Shown here: one piece after another, positions 62,380 through 64,000 of the stretch | Layout of the letters: every line of letters begins with the position of its first letter | Numbering within the stretch: the stretch's first letter is position 1 | Translations under genes and position numbers: made by a program | Assembly (NCBI GenBank): GCA_036172245.1 | Contig: JAYWIR010000009.1 | Location: 4,650,001-4,714,000, forward strand | Direction: 5' to 3' | Origin: Raillietiella orientalis | Taxonomy: Eukaryota | Length of the DNA stretch: 64,000 bases | Notes under the pieces: generated by a model | Told to the model about the DNA's origin: nothing | Database searches by the model: none | What the model saw: only the letters and a program-made list of their open reading frames with translations

Positions 62380-62850
62380 GCCGCGATCGCTGGAACGAAA
62401 GTACGGCGGGCTTCGCCGATGCTTGGCAACCCGTAAGTGGCGGCAGGGCCGCTTACCCCAGTTGTTCTCCCCCAGCGACCCCTCGGACGACGTGCACCAG
62501 TGCAAGTGGACACACACAGACCTGATGCGGTCGTACAGATGATTCGGCAGAGTCCTTCTGAGGAAATTCTCTAGCTTCGAATTCTTCCTTTCCGGGCCTA
62601 TCATAACAGAACATCAGACACATCGATCCGTCTGCACACCTCATAGCCAAGTACGTGTGTGTAAGTCCATGATTTCGGGAAGATATATCGATATACGTTA
62701 CCATAGTTATCAAGGTCGTGCAGCAGCTGCGGTGATCCCCGGGAGCAAAGCAGCGGGATTCCACGGTGTTTGTGTGCGTTCTCGTAAAACGCCCGCAGGG
62801 GTGGACTCGAAGGGGGGCATTCTTTTTGTCCACCTTCAAAGCGCAACCGC
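62380..62850 (-). mobile_element. Decayed LINE ORF1 (RRM / zinc-knuckle) remnant
   Basis: LLHDLDNYGNV and LPNHLYDRIRSVCV...GKRPCRHLRVAKH resemble L1/Tx1 ORF1 motifs (YGxV; P..L...C..C...H). Confidence 0.3.
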
Positions 62851-63864
62851 TAATTGGATTTCCTTAAGGTGTGCGGTTGCGTCATTTCCGCTGCCTCGCT
62901 GCACCTTCCACTAATTGGTGAAGTGGGGACAAAATGGCAATCCGGTATTTGTTTTGATAATCGCCGGTGGCCATCGCTCTTCTCCATCATTCGGGGGGGG
63001 GGGGAGGGCAGAGGAAACAAATGGGGCGCGTACAAACCAGAGTATGTTCCACATTTTCGTGGGAATTACGGCATGTAGCTGGGAGGTATCTTGCAAGAGG
63101 AGGCGGGAAGGATCGTAAAATGGCCAGCAAAAAATATATCCCCATTTGATTAAAGAAAAAAGAAAGAAAGAAAGAAAGGCAATTGAGGCTACTCCACAAT
63201 AAATAAGTTTCGCCAGAAGGAGCGGCGAGCAGGAGAGAACTCGAAATTTTCCTTGGAGCGAAGGCTGCAACTCCCCATTGCCCCCGCGTGGTTTCTCATT
63301 TTTCCTGAAAAGGCTTCTGCCCTCCTCTTCTCTTCCTGGCTATTTGAACTCGCCCACCGGGCAAGACAGTGCTCGCTGATCTCCTCTTCCCTAAATCTCA
63401 AGCCCGAAGTCCCGAAAGCGAACCGAAATGAGATTCCCATTTCCTTGGATGGGGAAAAGCAATTCCATTCCATGGGTGGGTCAAGCAGAGTCCATTCGTC
63501 GTGGGAACAACCCTCCTCCTCTCCGCGAACAGCCTGACCTCTTGGAGAGTATGCGTTCCAGGACGCGCCATGAGGCACGCAGCTCTTCATAAGAATGCCG
63601 TAAGGCGTTTCCCTCAGCTCGCTTTCAGCACTTATGGACGGACTTTGACAGCCTCTCTTCCTGGAGGGATCCTCCCTTTCTTGGCTTCCCGGCACCCCGG
63701 CTTCCCATCGTGGCTGGACTTCCAGAGTTCCCAACTTGGGCACCGTTTCGTCTTAAACACACAGCGGCTACGAGCTTTGTGGCTATGGAAACAGCCGTTT
63801 CCTGCGCAGATGTCTGCGGAGGTAAAAGAAAAAAAAAAAAAAGCCAAGCCCAGACCGACGTGCC

Positions 63865-63950
63865 CACGCACAAAATCGATCGCCGGTCTCAACGAACAGC
63901 GCGGCAATGGCAATGGCGGCCGCACGCGATGTCACCACCACCACAGATGG
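63865..63950 (-). pseudogene. Diverged copy of the C12orf56-like 5' exon (source ~56580-56655); may extend past the window
   Basis: Shares cacaaaatcgatcg, agcgc, gcaatggcgg and ccaccacagat with 56586-56653; peptide RPPLPLPRCSLRPAIDFV versus RPPLLLRYLLKSPIDFV. Confidence 0.6.
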
Positions 63951-64000
63951 CAGATGGGCGGTCGCGCGCATTGCCGCCACCCTGGAAAACGAGGCATTCG

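Overview
Eukaryotic (metazoan, probably arthropod) genomic DNA with spliceosomal introns; no prokaryotic, CRISPR, rRNA or tRNA features were seen. The window has two compositional regimes. An AT-rich, CpG-poor, very compact block (~24.8-39.2 kb) holds four apparently intact genes with many 41-60 nt introns: HSPA14 (+), CXXC1/Cfp1 (+), mRpL46 (-) and ABTB1 (-), plus a disrupted MED16 fragment nested in HSPA14 intron 1. The GC- and CpG-rich flanks are full of decayed non-LTR retrotransposon debris and contain the 3' exons of an EndoU endoribonuclease gene (+) and a divergent ~12-exon C12orf56/DUF4551-like gene (-). Most notable: the CXXC1 and mRpL46 stop codons are 5 nt apart; an inverted copy of ABTB1 exon 2 brackets the ABTB1 promoter; and several other local gene-fragment duplications are present. 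All family assignments come from manual translation and remembered motifs, not database searches. I found no convincing wholly new biological system.
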